From: Candidatus Anstonellales archaeon
GTDB taxonomy: Archaea; Micrarchaeota; Micrarchaeia; Anstonellales; J096
Direction of reading: 5' to 3'
Assembly: GCA_038890615.1 (NCBI GenBank)
Contig: JAWAFI010000002.1
Span: forward strand, 27,815-91,814
DNA length: 64,000 nt
A program made the translations under genes and the position numbers. The notes below the pieces were generated by a model that was given only the letters and a program-made list of their open reading frames with translations, did not search any database and was not told the DNA's origin. Position 1 is the first letter of the stretch. The number at the start of each line of letters is the position of its first letter. Positions 20,690 to 29,672 of the stretch are shown in pieces.

Positions 20690-21237
20690 TCAACCACCAT
20701 CTTTCCTACAAACATGTTCATACTACAATGGTATCTGTAGGAACCAACTTTATTTGGTGTGAACTCTACAACCTGTGTTTCTCCATTCTTGGAGTAGAGC
20801 CGAACACCAAACTCATCAAGAATCATGTATCTGCCGCATCCAGAAGAGGGTTCTGCGCTAAAGTAAAGCCTTACTGGTACTCCTTTCTTAACTCGTACTT
20901 CTTCTGGCTCATATCTTCCTGTTCCAAGCGCCTTTATGTATATCTCTTGCATTTCTCCTTTTGCAGCAGACAGGTTTGTCTCATTTTGTTCGAGTTTAGA
21001 CCATGAGTTTTCATTGCATCCACATCCTCCTAAACTCCAGCTGCTAATACTTGCTTTGGAAGGGTACAGGACTCTATTTTCTACTACGTTCCCATTTGCT
21101 TGCGCAGAGTCTGTACTCTTTTTTAAAGCTCCAGGCAACCCTAATATCACTCCTCCTGTCACTGCACCGGCGAGCAGGAGGGCCCAAAAGAGCACCCAAG
21201 TGGTTTTTTGTATTCTTATTTTTTCCACATACCTCAC
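20686..21237 (-). CDS. Membrane-anchored cupredoxin-domain protein
   Basis: N-terminal TM helix, YEPEEVRVKKGVPVRL, SGCG, YHCSMNM. Confidence 0.85.
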   Translation of the reverse strand: MRYVEKIRIQKTTWVLFWALLLAGAVTGGVILGLPGALKKSTDSAQANGNVVENRVLYPSKASISSWSLGGCGCNENSWSKLEQNETNLSAAKGEMQEIYIKALGTGRYEPEEVRVKKGVPVRLYFSAEPSSGCGRYMILDEFGVRLYSKNGETQVVEFTPNKVGSYRYHCSMNMFVGKMVVE

Positions 21238-21252
21238 CCATAAGCTTTATAA

Positions 21253-21342
21253 TGTTTCGTATGTTGAAACAATATATATTAATTAATGAAACAAAGTTTC
21301 CAACCTTTGAAACGATATATTAAAAATAAAACGAACGGTTTT
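21253..21342. promoter_or_regulatory. Divergent promoter with repeated GTTTC/GAAAC inverted half-sites (candidate operator)
   Basis: TGTTTC-N7-GAAACA (21253-21271), GAAAC-N3-GTTTC (21288-21300), GTTTC-N8-GAAAC (21296-21313), interleaved with TATA-like AT runs. Confidence 0.6.
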
Positions 21343-21345
21343 ACT

Positions 21346-21831
21346 ATGGAGATCAACAAGAAAATGGCTCTTTTGATTCTTATAATCTCACTGTTTGTTT
21401 TCCTTCTCACTGTTCTGGTCATTGTTTATTCAATCTATTCAGGAGGAGATGAAGTCCCTTTTCTGCTCAAACCTTTTATTGTTTACCACAACGAGTTCAT
21501 GGTTCTTATGGGTCTAGTTGGGGTTTTTTCTGGAGTAGTAATTTATAGCATAATGGCTTCCTCTCTTAAGAAGCAGGAGATCATTACCCAGAAAAGCATA
21601 GACCTTCTTATTAAGGTTCTTCCTGATGACGAGCGCTCCATAGTAATGCACCTTAGGGGCAAAAAAGGTATGAGCACCCAAAGTGAGATATCAAAGATTC
21701 TTGGCTCGCGCCTCAAGGCCCATCGCCTAGTAAGAAAGCTTTCCGAGCGTGGTATCCTCCTTATTGACAGGTACGGTAAAACAAACATTCTACGCCTTGC
21801 AGAAGAATTTTCCTTCCATGAAGAAAAGTAG
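21346..21831 (+). CDS. Membrane-bound winged-helix (MarR-like) transcriptional regulator
   Basis: Two TM helices followed by LPDDERSIV...TQSEI...SRLKAHRLVRKLSERG...YGKTN. Confidence 0.8.
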   Translation: MEINKKMALLILIISLFVFLLTVLVIVYSIYSGGDEVPFLLKPFIVYHNEFMVLMGLVGVFSGVVIYSIMASSLKKQEIITQKSIDLLIKVLPDDERSIVMHLRGKKGMSTQSEISKILGSRLKAHRLVRKLSERGILLIDRYGKTNILRLAEEFSFHEEK

Positions 21832-21835
21832 TGAA

Positions 21836-21907
21836 TGCCACAGGGCGGATTTGAACCGCCGACCCTCCGGTCTTCAGCCGGATGCTCTCCCGCTGAGCTA
21901 CTGTGGC
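21836..21907 (-). tRNA. tRNA-Phe (GAA)
   Basis: Reverse complement GCCACAG TAGCTCAG...TCCGG-CTGAAGA-CCGGA...GTTCAAAT...CTGTGGC-A. Confidence 0.96.
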
Positions 21908-21971
21908 TTTGATTTATCCATTAAGCTAATATATTTAAACCTTCCATTTATCTTAAAAGCAGGTGGACAAT

Positions 21972-23288
21972 ATGGCTTCAGAAGAAGAAGTTGTTTCTAT
22001 GGTAAGAGAGCAAGGGATAAGGTGGATTGACCTTCAGTTCACTGACGTTCTCGGGCATTTCCGAAATGTTTCGCTAGTTGCTGATTCAATAGGCACAACA
22101 GAGCTGAAGAAAGGAGTTTACACTGACCTCTCGCCCTTGTTTGGGGAGAACTCTTACCTCCTTCCTGATCCAAACACTTATGCAAAAATAAGGTGGCTTA
22201 GGAGCACTGGGAGGTTCATTGCTTCACTTGTTGATGATAAGCAGAGGGCAAGGGAATACGACCCTCGTTATTCAATTGAAAAAGCGATTAAGCTTTCAGA
22301 GCTTGCTGGCTTCGGCCGCATTGATATCTCACCCTCCATTTGCTTCAATTTACTAGATACCGCTTCCATAGACAGAACAAAGCCAGAAAAGCCAGGCGGG
22401 GTTCTTTTTGATTCAAGGGAAGCAGCATGGAGCCCTTCTCCCTTAGCAACTCCTGAGAATGCGTACATGTGCTCCCAGCCATACGATTCATTTGCCACAA
22501 TAAGGGAGGAAACCTCTGATGTGCTTGAGGCAGATATGCGTTTTCGAGTGATGTCACACCATCATGGCGCAGGCAACACAGGGGCACAGAGGCTTAACCT
22601 TGCACCAATGACTCTCCTTGACGCAGGTGACGCCATCCAGAGCTGCAAGTTTATAATTAGGAACATTGCAACTGCTGCAGGTCTCACCGCTTCATTCCTT
22701 GCACAGCCAGTTCCATCTGACAAGCTCTCAAACTTCATTCTTGGAATAAGCATATGGAAAGGATCAGAAAACGCATTCTTTGAATCTAGCGGTGAACTTA
22801 GTGACAAGGCGCTTTATTTTGCAGGAGGGCTAATAGAGCATGCAGAGGTGCTTTCGCTGTTTGCTTCCCCAAGCCCCAACTCCTACAAGGCATTCTCTTC
22901 AATGTACGCAGGTTTTGGGAACGGTTGCTCTGTTGATTTCGCAGCTCCAGGGAACAGGCCTGACTCTAGCGTAGTTTTATTCAGAGGAACTGATGGAACA
23001 GCCAACCCCTATCTTGCAATTTCAGCCGTAATTGCTGCTGGTATTGATGGCATGAAAAAGAAGAGAGAGCCGAATGAGTATGCTTCTTCCCTAGAGGATG
23101 TAAAGAAGCATGGCTTGCGCAGGATGACTTCATCATTTGAATACTCTCTTGAAGCTTTTGAGAGTGACAACTCCTTTGTCAAGAGCGTGCTTGAGCCAGC
23201 CCTACTTGATATCTACCTTAAGGAGTATGCAGTAATCCACAGAAAAGCAAGGGCAAACGCAGGTATGGATTATTCTACAGGGCTCTAA
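21972..23288 (+). CDS. Glutamine synthetase-fold protein, catalytic residues degenerate
   Basis: WIDLQFTDVLG, LLPDPNT, DPR, SPNSYK, ANPYLAISAVIAAGIDG; metal-binding Glu/His motifs absent. Confidence 0.85.
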   Translation: MASEEEVVSMVREQGIRWIDLQFTDVLGHFRNVSLVADSIGTTELKKGVYTDLSPLFGENSYLLPDPNTYAKIRWLRSTGRFIASLVDDKQRAREYDPRYSIEKAIKLSELAGFGRIDISPSICFNLLDTASIDRTKPEKPGGVLFDSREAAWSPSPLATPENAYMCSQPYDSFATIREETSDVLEADMRFRVMSHHHGAGNTGAQRLNLAPMTLLDAGDAIQSCKFIIRNIATAAGLTASFLAQPVPSDKLSNFILGISIWKGSENAFFESSGELSDKALYFAGGLIEHAEVLSLFASPSPNSYKAFSSMYAGFGNGCSVDFAAPGNRPDSSVVLFRGTDGTANPYLAISAVIAAGIDGMKKKREPNEYASSLEDVKKHGLRRMTSSFEYSLEAFESDNSFVKSVLEPALLDIYLKEYAVIHRKARANAGMDYSTGL

Positions 23289-23337
23289 ATATACTAAAAC
23301 ATCCATTGACCTCTATAACCATCTAGGAAAAAGAGAG

Positions 23338-23425
23338 AGCTAGGGGAGGGAATTGAACCCCCCTATGCCGGTTTCGGCTGCGAAGAGTACTGCAGCCGGC
23401 CGCGTTGCCGATCCGCCACCCTAGC
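23338..23425 (-). tRNA. tRNA-Cys (GCA) with a 17-nt anticodon-loop intron (about 23373-23389)
   Basis: Reverse complement GCTAGGG/CCCTAGC with U discriminator; arm GCCGG-CTGCAG[TACTCTTCGCAGCCGAA]A-CCGGC. Confidence 0.88.
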
Positions 23426-23466
23426 GTTATTTTCTATAAACCAGATTTGTTTTTAATGTTTTTGCC

Positions 23467-24363
23467 CTAACTGAGGAGGTCCTTAAGCCTTCTTTTGAAT
23501 ATTGCTTTTTTTGCCCATGGGTCCACAGCAACCTCATCAGCGTATCTTCCTTCCTTATCAACTGCGTTTACATTTGCCCCTGCATCTAATAAAATCTGCA
23601 CTAAATTCATATGGAACATTTTTGCAGCAACTGCCAAAGCAGGGGTTCCATCCTTATCCTTTGCATCGACATCATCCCCCTTCTCCAAAAACATTTTCAC
23701 CAATTTTTCATCCCCGGATTTGATTGCTTCTATAAGCCTTGGGTTGCCTGTTTTCTTTGCATTTTCTTCAATTTTTTCAATCTTTTTGTTAATTATAAAA
23801 TTTCTTATCCCTTCATCTTCTGCCAGGTCTTCTGCATATTTCCATTCTTTATTCGTGGAGAAAAGGTTTGCCCCGCGCTCAACTAAGAATTCAACAGCTT
23901 TTCTTCTCCCGCTTCTTGCAGCCCACATAAGAGGGGTGCAACCGTACTTATCGCTTTTATCTATCCAACATCCTAATTCAAGGAGAAGCCTTGCAATATC
24001 AATATTATCATTCCAGGCAGCCATCATAAGTGCATTCCTATCATGCTTGTCCTTTGCCTCATAGTCTGCTCCCTTTATTATAAGCCATACAACATTTTCT
24101 AATGCGTTGTTCTTGTTGTTTGTTGTTATATTAACAATTTTCCATCCTAATGCCCTCGCATCCCATTCGCCGATCTTTGCCTTGTTTTTCTCATTTATCT
24201 CTTTAAGCTTATTGTAAATCTCATTTCCCTCTTCTCCTCTGTTTAATGCATGTACCGCCCTCATTACTATTTCTTTTTCTGTAAGCTTCCTCTCCTCTAA
24301 TTTAACCTCTTTTTTTATTCCTTTTTTCTTCCCCTCTAGCTTAACATCCTTTTCTTTTTTCAT
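23467..24363 (-). CDS. Ankyrin-repeat protein
   Basis: NALMMAA, GCTPLMWAARSG, GADxN units; family N-terminal domain. Confidence 0.9.
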   Translation of the reverse strand: MKKEKDVKLEGKKKGIKKEVKLEERKLTEKEIVMRAVHALNRGEEGNEIYNKLKEINEKNKAKIGEWDARALGWKIVNITTNNKNNALENVVWLIIKGADYEAKDKHDRNALMMAAWNDNIDIARLLLELGCWIDKSDKYGCTPLMWAARSGRRKAVEFLVERGANLFSTNKEWKYAEDLAEDEGIRNFIINKKIEKIEENAKKTGNPRLIEAIKSGDEKLVKMFLEKGDDVDAKDKDGTPALAVAAKMFHMNLVQILLDAGANVNAVDKEGRYADEVAVDPWAKKAIFKRRLKDLLS

Positions 24364-24416
24364 TTATTATTCTCTAAAATATGCTTTTTAAGCTTTGCTT
24401 GCTTATCTTATTCTAA

Positions 24417-25376
24417 TTAGTACGCTACTATGTTTAAGTTATAACTGCATCCAGGGTCTTCCTCAACATACCCTGAAAGGAAGAGCCTTAGGTAGCCAAG
24501 TATTGGCACCCTTGCTATCACTTTGCCTTTTATCTGGCTCCTCTCAACTATAGAATTGCCCCCAAAGCCGCTGTATATTTGTATGTCAGCTATTTCATTG
24601 TTGTCCCCTTTTATTATATAATACTCATTGCTCTCTGTCTTTATCTTAAGCATAGCCCTGTGGATTATATCCCCCACCCTGCTGAATGCATCGCTTGGCT
24701 TTGGAGCGTATACAACTACATCCCCTCCCCTGTTGTCAATTACAATGTAATCTTTGTATTCAATCCTTTGCAGGCAAGGAACAAAACCTTCCTTTGCACC
24801 TTTCTTTACCCCTTTCCTATAGCAGGTTCCATAATGGAACTCAAAGTTGCCCCTTTTCTCCACTACCTTGCTCGGATAGTTGAAAAGATAAGCGCAAAAC
24901 TCATGGCTTTCCGTAGCACAAGCAGAAAGCGCAGATCCCTTAACTTCTTCGCTTTTCCCCTCCCACTCAACTACTGCATTGGCATTGGAAAGCCGTGCAA
25001 CATCCTGCTCGCTCGCCTCTATTTCAGGGGCCCTTATACCTTCCCCATATATAACAACCAGATCCCCTCTTTCAAGGTTGGGGAGCATGCTACATGACAC
25101 CACTGCATTTAGAGGAGAGCTAGTCCTTAGCGCAAATGAAAGTGCAAGCCATACTACTACTATAGCCCCTATTGTTATCACAGTGTCCTTAAGCTCTTCC
25201 TTCCAGCCTCTTTCCCTAACCCCCTGCGCCACCTCAAGCACTACTGCTATCACAAGGAAAATAGCACAAAGAACCCCTAATATTGGCTCCCTGAATAGCA
25301 CATAAAGTATAAGGAAAAATATGGAAAGCCCAATTGCAATCCTGTCTGCGTTTTCCTTTCCTATCTTGAAATCCAT
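24417..25376 (-). CDS. Signal peptidase I (S26, archaeal/Sec11-type) with internal insertion
   Basis: VVSCSMLPNLERGDLV, IIHR, KGDNN, IKGKVIARVPILG. Confidence 0.85.
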   Translation of the reverse strand: MDFKIGKENADRIAIGLSIFFLILYVLFREPILGVLCAIFLVIAVVLEVAQGVRERGWKEELKDTVITIGAIVVVWLALSFALRTSSPLNAVVSCSMLPNLERGDLVVIYGEGIRAPEIEASEQDVARLSNANAVVEWEGKSEEVKGSALSACATESHEFCAYLFNYPSKVVEKRGNFEFHYGTCYRKGVKKGAKEGFVPCLQRIEYKDYIVIDNRGGDVVVYAPKPSDAFSRVGDIIHRAMLKIKTESNEYYIIKGDNNEIADIQIYSGFGGNSIVERSQIKGKVIARVPILGYLRLFLSGYVEEDPGCSYNLNIVAY

Positions 25377-25377
25377 C

Positions 25378-25629
25378 TTACTCCTTTCCTATTTCCTTTT
25401 CCATCCTTTCTGCCATTTCCTCTATCTCTTTCAGGGCTTTTGCAAGCGCCCCCTTGGCGTTCTTGCCTTTTATCCTAAGTTCAACTTCGTTCTTTAGCGG
25501 ATGTTCTTGCCTGTAAAAAACTGTTATGCCATCCATTTCGTTCATGTGCTGGGCAAGTGCCATAGCAAGGGCTCTGTTTTCTGTTTTTATTATGAGTACA
25601 TCATCCTCTTTTTCTATGCTGGTAATCAT
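25378..25629 (-). CDS. rpoL: RNA polymerase subunit L (Rpo11)
   Basis: FYRQEHPLKNEVELRIKG..AKGALAKAL; start set at MITSIEK. Confidence 0.75.
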   Translation of the reverse strand: MITSIEKEDDVLIIKTENRALAMALAQHMNEMDGITVFYRQEHPLKNEVELRIKGKNAKGALAKALKEIEEMAERMEKEIGKE

Positions 25630-25690
25630 GCCTTTACTTAGGGATAATATTATTAAAACCTTTGGATTCCCTTTCTTATCCAGGGCTGAT

Positions 25691-26773
25691 ATGAGCGGAA
25701 TAGAAGAAAAGATAAGGAAGATAGAAGAGGAGATGGCTAGGACCCAAAAGAACAAGGCAACAGAGCACCATCTGGGCAGGCTCAAGGCAAAAATAGCACA
25801 GCTTAAGGCAGAAGCAGAGCATAAGAAATCAATTGGGAAGAGCTCTTACGGTTATGGGTTGAAGAAAGAAGGGGATGCAACTGTCGTCCTCTTAGGGTTC
25901 CCAAATGCAGGCAAATCCTCAATACTTTCAAAGCTCACCAACGCAAAGTCAGAGATAGCAAACTACGAGTTTACAACATTGAGAGTAATACCTGGCATGA
26001 TGGTTCACAAAGGCTTCCGCATCCAGATACTTGACATTCCAGGCATAATAACAGGAGCAAGCAAGGGGAAGGGAAGGGGCAAGGAGGTTCTAAGCATAGC
26101 CCGTTCTGCTGACCTCATTTTGATAGTAGTTCCTGCAGACAGGCCAGAGCAGTACCAGCTTATAGTTGAAGAGATGGAAAAAGCAGGCGTAGTGCTTAAC
26201 AAGGAGCGCCCATATGTCCGCATAGAAAGGACTGCAACAGGTGGTGTGAAAGTGCTGGGCTCAACTGGCAAGATGAGCTACAATGAGATAACTGGCATCC
26301 TTTCTGCGTTTTCAATATTCAACGCCAATGTTGTGGTTGGTAGGGATGTTGACTCTGATGCTTTTATAGAAGCAATACTGCCGCGAACGGTTTACAAAAA
26401 AGCCATAGTAGTGGAGAACAAGGTTGACATAGCAAAGCCAAGCCTGTCTTTTGCGTTGCCTATATCCTGTGCTACTGGCTACAACATAGAGAAGCTAAAG
26501 GATTTCATAGTTGACAACCTAGGATTCATAAGGGTTTACACAAACCCAAAAGGAGGAAAGCCAGACCAAGAGCCAATAATATTGCCAAAGGGGGCAACTG
26601 TTGCTGATCTGTGCGCCAAAATATACCGCTGCATGGAAGCTGAATCCCGTGGAGCAATAGTGAATGGAAAAAGCGCCTCATTTCCAAACCAGATGGTTGG
26701 GCTTGACCATATGCTTGCTGATGGGGATGTTGTGAGGATTGTCAAGCATGCCGACAAAAAAAGAAATAGATGA
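25691..26773 (+). CDS. DRG/Rbg-family GTPase with TGS domain
   Basis: TQKNKATEHHLGRLKAK, GFPNAGKS, YEFTT, DIPG, NKVD, VGLDHMLADGDVV. Confidence 0.95.
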   Translation: MSGIEEKIRKIEEEMARTQKNKATEHHLGRLKAKIAQLKAEAEHKKSIGKSSYGYGLKKEGDATVVLLGFPNAGKSSILSKLTNAKSEIANYEFTTLRVIPGMMVHKGFRIQILDIPGIITGASKGKGRGKEVLSIARSADLILIVVPADRPEQYQLIVEEMEKAGVVLNKERPYVRIERTATGGVKVLGSTGKMSYNEITGILSAFSIFNANVVVGRDVDSDAFIEAILPRTVYKKAIVVENKVDIAKPSLSFALPISCATGYNIEKLKDFIVDNLGFIRVYTNPKGGKPDQEPIILPKGATVADLCAKIYRCMEAESRGAIVNGKSASFPNQMVGLDHMLADGDVVRIVKHADKKRNR

Positions 26774-27014
26774 GATTATATCGTGGTGCGAGCAGAAGAA
26801 GAAGGAGAAAGGAATAGTGCCAATAATAGAGCGCAATACATTCAAAGACAAATATCCATGGGCATACCGCTACACCTTCATAGAAATAGACAGGCCTTTT
26901 GAAGCTGCTTCCAAGAGCTCACTCGTCTATGATTCAGTTACTAAAAAGCTGTGGCATTTTTTGCTCGGCTCTTGGAGGCCAATAGAGCCTGAGGCAGACA
27001 TAAAATTTTACTGA
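26748..27014 (+). CDS. Small hypothetical protein
   Basis: 88-aa ORF MPTKKEIDEIISWCE..., overlapping the DRG stop region. Confidence 0.65.
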   Translation: MPTKKEIDEIISWCEQKKKEKGIVPIIERNTFKDKYPWAYRYTFIEIDRPFEAASKSSLVYDSVTKKLWHFLLGSWRPIEPEADIKFY

Positions 27015-27087
27015 GCCACTTTTGACGCAAGGCGTAATATTTGCGCCTGAGCGAAAGCTATTTTAATAGCATTTACTAAATATCCCT

Positions 27088-27243
27088 ATGCCAAAAAAGA
27101 AGGACCTGGTTTACGAGCGGCTGTTCTCAAGCGTGCGCGATCTCTATATGTATGAGTCAGAGGAAAGCATGCCTAAGCTCCCAAAAGACATAGGCGACTT
27201 TAATAATATAATAAAAAGGGCTACGCTTCTTTACGAGAAATAG
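27088..27243 (+). CDS. Small hypothetical protein (51 aa)
   Basis: Manual translation MPKKKDLVYERLFSSVRDLY...RATLLYEK; TATA-like TTTTAATA about 25 nt upstream; fills an otherwise empty gap. Confidence 0.5.
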   Translation: MPKKKDLVYERLFSSVRDLYMYESEESMPKLPKDIGDFNNIIKRATLLYEK

Positions 27244-28798
27244 CTGCTTCAACAAACTTGACGAAGATAGGAGCTGGCCTCTCTAGCCTGCTGTTCAATT
27301 CTATATGGGCCTGCGTGGCAATCCCAAATGAGTGGGGCCATTCGATTATCTCAACAATGTCATCCTTGTACCTTCCGCTTATTATAAGCCCGGTGCTTTC
27401 AAGCTCTTTAACAAGCTCAGGGTTTACTTCGTACCTGTGCCTGTGCCTTTCAAAAACCTTTGTAGCCCCATATGCCTTATGTGCCAATGTTCCTTCTTTT
27501 ATCCTGCATTCATAGTCGCCCAATCTCATTGTCCCCCCAAGCTTCTCAATGTATTTCTGCTCTTCAAGCAGCTTTACCACTGGGTACTTTGTCTCTGGGT
27601 CAAATTCAGTGCTGTTCGCCTTTTCCATTCCATTCACATTCCTGGCCCATTCGATAGCCATAAGTTGAAGCCCAAGGCAAAGCCCGAGGTAAGGCACCTT
27701 CCTTTCCCTTGCGTACCTTATTGCGCTTATTTTTCCCTCAATCCCCCTTGTGCCAAACCCTCCTGGGACGATTATCCCATCAACATCATTGAGCTGGCTA
27801 AGGTCCTGCTCCAGCTCTTCTGCTTCTACCCATTTTACCTCAACTTCTGCGTTGTTTTCTGCTCCTGCGTGTATTAGCGCCTCCTTTACGCTTACATAAG
27901 CGTCCTTGACAGCAGTGTACTTACCTACGATTGCAACCTTAACTTGCTTCTTTGGCTTCTTTATCCTTTCAACCCTTGCATTCCAATCTTTCAGCTTCAC
28001 TTCCTTTATTTCGCAGCCCAGCTCTTCGCAAATAGCTGAGTAGAGATTTTGCTTTTGGAGCAAGGGAAGGAGCTCGTATACTGTTCCCACATCAGTATCG
28101 TCAAAAACATTGGTTTCTTTCACATTGCAAAACATCGCTATCTTTGCCCTTTCTGCCTTGCCAAGGGGCACTTTGGAGCGCACTATTATTATGCTCGGCC
28201 TTATGCCCATGCTTAAAAGCATCCTATTTGCATGCTGGGTTGGCTTTGTCTTGAGCTCCCCTGTGACATTCTGAGGCGCATAGGTAAGCTGCACGAAAAT
28301 AACTTTCTCTTCATTTGCAAGCTGCCTCATTGCCTCTATGAAATACCCGTTTTCCAAGTCCCCTGCAGTGCCCCCAACTTCAATTACCACAATATCAGCA
28401 CCTTTCTTTTTCCCTACTTCTTTTACCTTGCTTTTTATATGGTTTATCAAGTGGGGCACAAACTGTACATCTTCTCCTAAGAATTTGCCCTTTCTTTCCT
28501 TTTCTATTATTTCACTGAAAAGAAGGCCTCCTGTTATGCTGCTGTCTTTTGTCATATCCTCATTAAGGAACCTCTCGTAAGTGCCAAAATCCATATCAAC
28601 CTCCCTTCCATCCCTGAGCACAAAAACCTCACCATGCCTGTAAGGATTCATAGTGCCACAATCTACATTCAAATATCCATCAAACTTAACCATGGCAACC
28701 TTAGCCCCACCTTCCTTGAGAAACCGACCTATGGAAGCAGCAACTGCCCCTTTTCCAAGACCAGACATTATAGTTCCTATTACAACTACAAACTTCAT
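27221..28798 (-). CDS. pyrG: CTP synthase
   Basis: SGLGKG, DGYLNVDCGTMNPYRHGEV, KTKPTQH, GGFG, GLCLGLQ, ERHRHRYE. Confidence 0.97.
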   Translation of the reverse strand: MKFVVVIGTIMSGLGKGAVAASIGRFLKEGGAKVAMVKFDGYLNVDCGTMNPYRHGEVFVLRDGREVDMDFGTYERFLNEDMTKDSSITGGLLFSEIIEKERKGKFLGEDVQFVPHLINHIKSKVKEVGKKKGADIVVIEVGGTAGDLENGYFIEAMRQLANEEKVIFVQLTYAPQNVTGELKTKPTQHANRMLLSMGIRPSIIIVRSKVPLGKAERAKIAMFCNVKETNVFDDTDVGTVYELLPLLQKQNLYSAICEELGCEIKEVKLKDWNARVERIKKPKKQVKVAIVGKYTAVKDAYVSVKEALIHAGAENNAEVEVKWVEAEELEQDLSQLNDVDGIIVPGGFGTRGIEGKISAIRYARERKVPYLGLCLGLQLMAIEWARNVNGMEKANSTEFDPETKYPVVKLLEEQKYIEKLGGTMRLGDYECRIKEGTLAHKAYGATKVFERHRHRYEVNPELVKELESTGLIISGRYKDDIVEIIEWPHSFGIATQAHIELNSRLERPAPIFVKFVEAAISRKEA

Positions 28799-28847
28799 AA
28801 TACTCTAAAAAAGGAAGATTTTAAATACCAAATTGCTTTCCCTTTTG

Positions 28848-29672
28848 ATGATGAGCACGCTGAAGGCATGGGTTGCGCTTTTCAGAGCTGAGCATGCGCT
28901 TCTCATATGCATTGCAATAGCGTTTTCGCAGTATATCACCGGTGCTGCCCCAAACATTATTCACTACATAGCCCCCATACTTGCGCAATTCTCTGCGTTT
29001 GCCCTAAACGATTACCTTGATGCAGAGGCGGATAAGCTAAACAAGAGGAAAGACAGGCCAATAGTTTCAGGCCTAGTAACAAAGGAGCAGGCCCTTTATG
29101 CAGGGGTAGGCGCATTAGCCCTTTCTCTAGTGGCTGCGCTTTTCCTGCCTCTCATAGCCCTCTCAATAGTGCTTTTATTCAACGCGCTTTCGCTGTTATA
29201 CAACTTGCGCCTTAAGGATTACCCTCTCGTGGGTGAATTTTACATTGCCTCTTCCATGGCAATACCATTCATATATGGGGCTTCTTTTGCGCAGGTAACA
29301 GTGCCTATAATAGTAATAACGATAACTGTTTTCTTCTTCGGCATTGGCAGGGAGATTATAAAGAAGGTAGAAGATATGGCTGGTGACAAAAAGGCAAGAG
29401 GGGCTAGCACTCTCCCTATCTTAATAGGCGCAAAGGGGGCAGTAAAGGTTGCAATTGCCTTCCTTTCTGTGTCTTTTGCTCTTTTTGCCGTTGCTTTTTT
29501 CCTGTTCTTCATTCCTAACCCAGTTTCCCTGCTTTTCTTTGCTTTCATGGCCATCCTTCTCTTTTACTCAGTATACTCCGCAATTGCTAATGATTACAAA
29601 AAGGCACGCATGGTGAGCCTTGCTTCCATGTTCTTTGCGCTCATTGCGCTCTTTTTTGGAGCATTCCCCTGA
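28848..29672 (+). CDS. UbiA-family prenyltransferase (DGGGP synthase-like)
   Basis: NDYLDAEADKLNKRKDRPIVSG, REIIKKVEDMAGD, multiple TM helices. Confidence 0.85.
   Translation: MMSTLKAWVALFRAEHALLICIAIAFSQYITGAAPNIIHYIAPILAQFSAFALNDYLDAEADKLNKRKDRPIVSGLVTKEQALYAGVGALALSLVAALFLPLIALSIVLLFNALSLLYNLRLKDYPLVGEFYIASSMAIPFIYGASFAQVTVPIIVITITVFFFGIGREIIKKVEDMAGDKKARGASTLPILIGAKGAVKVAIAFLSVSFALFAVAFFLFFIPNPVSLLFFAFMAILLFYSVYSAIANDYKKARMVSLASMFFALIALFFGAFP

Noticed and set aside
23338..23425. Alternative reading as tRNA-Ser(CGA) by a different intron excision
   Set aside because: No long variable arm, and the U discriminator fits Cys
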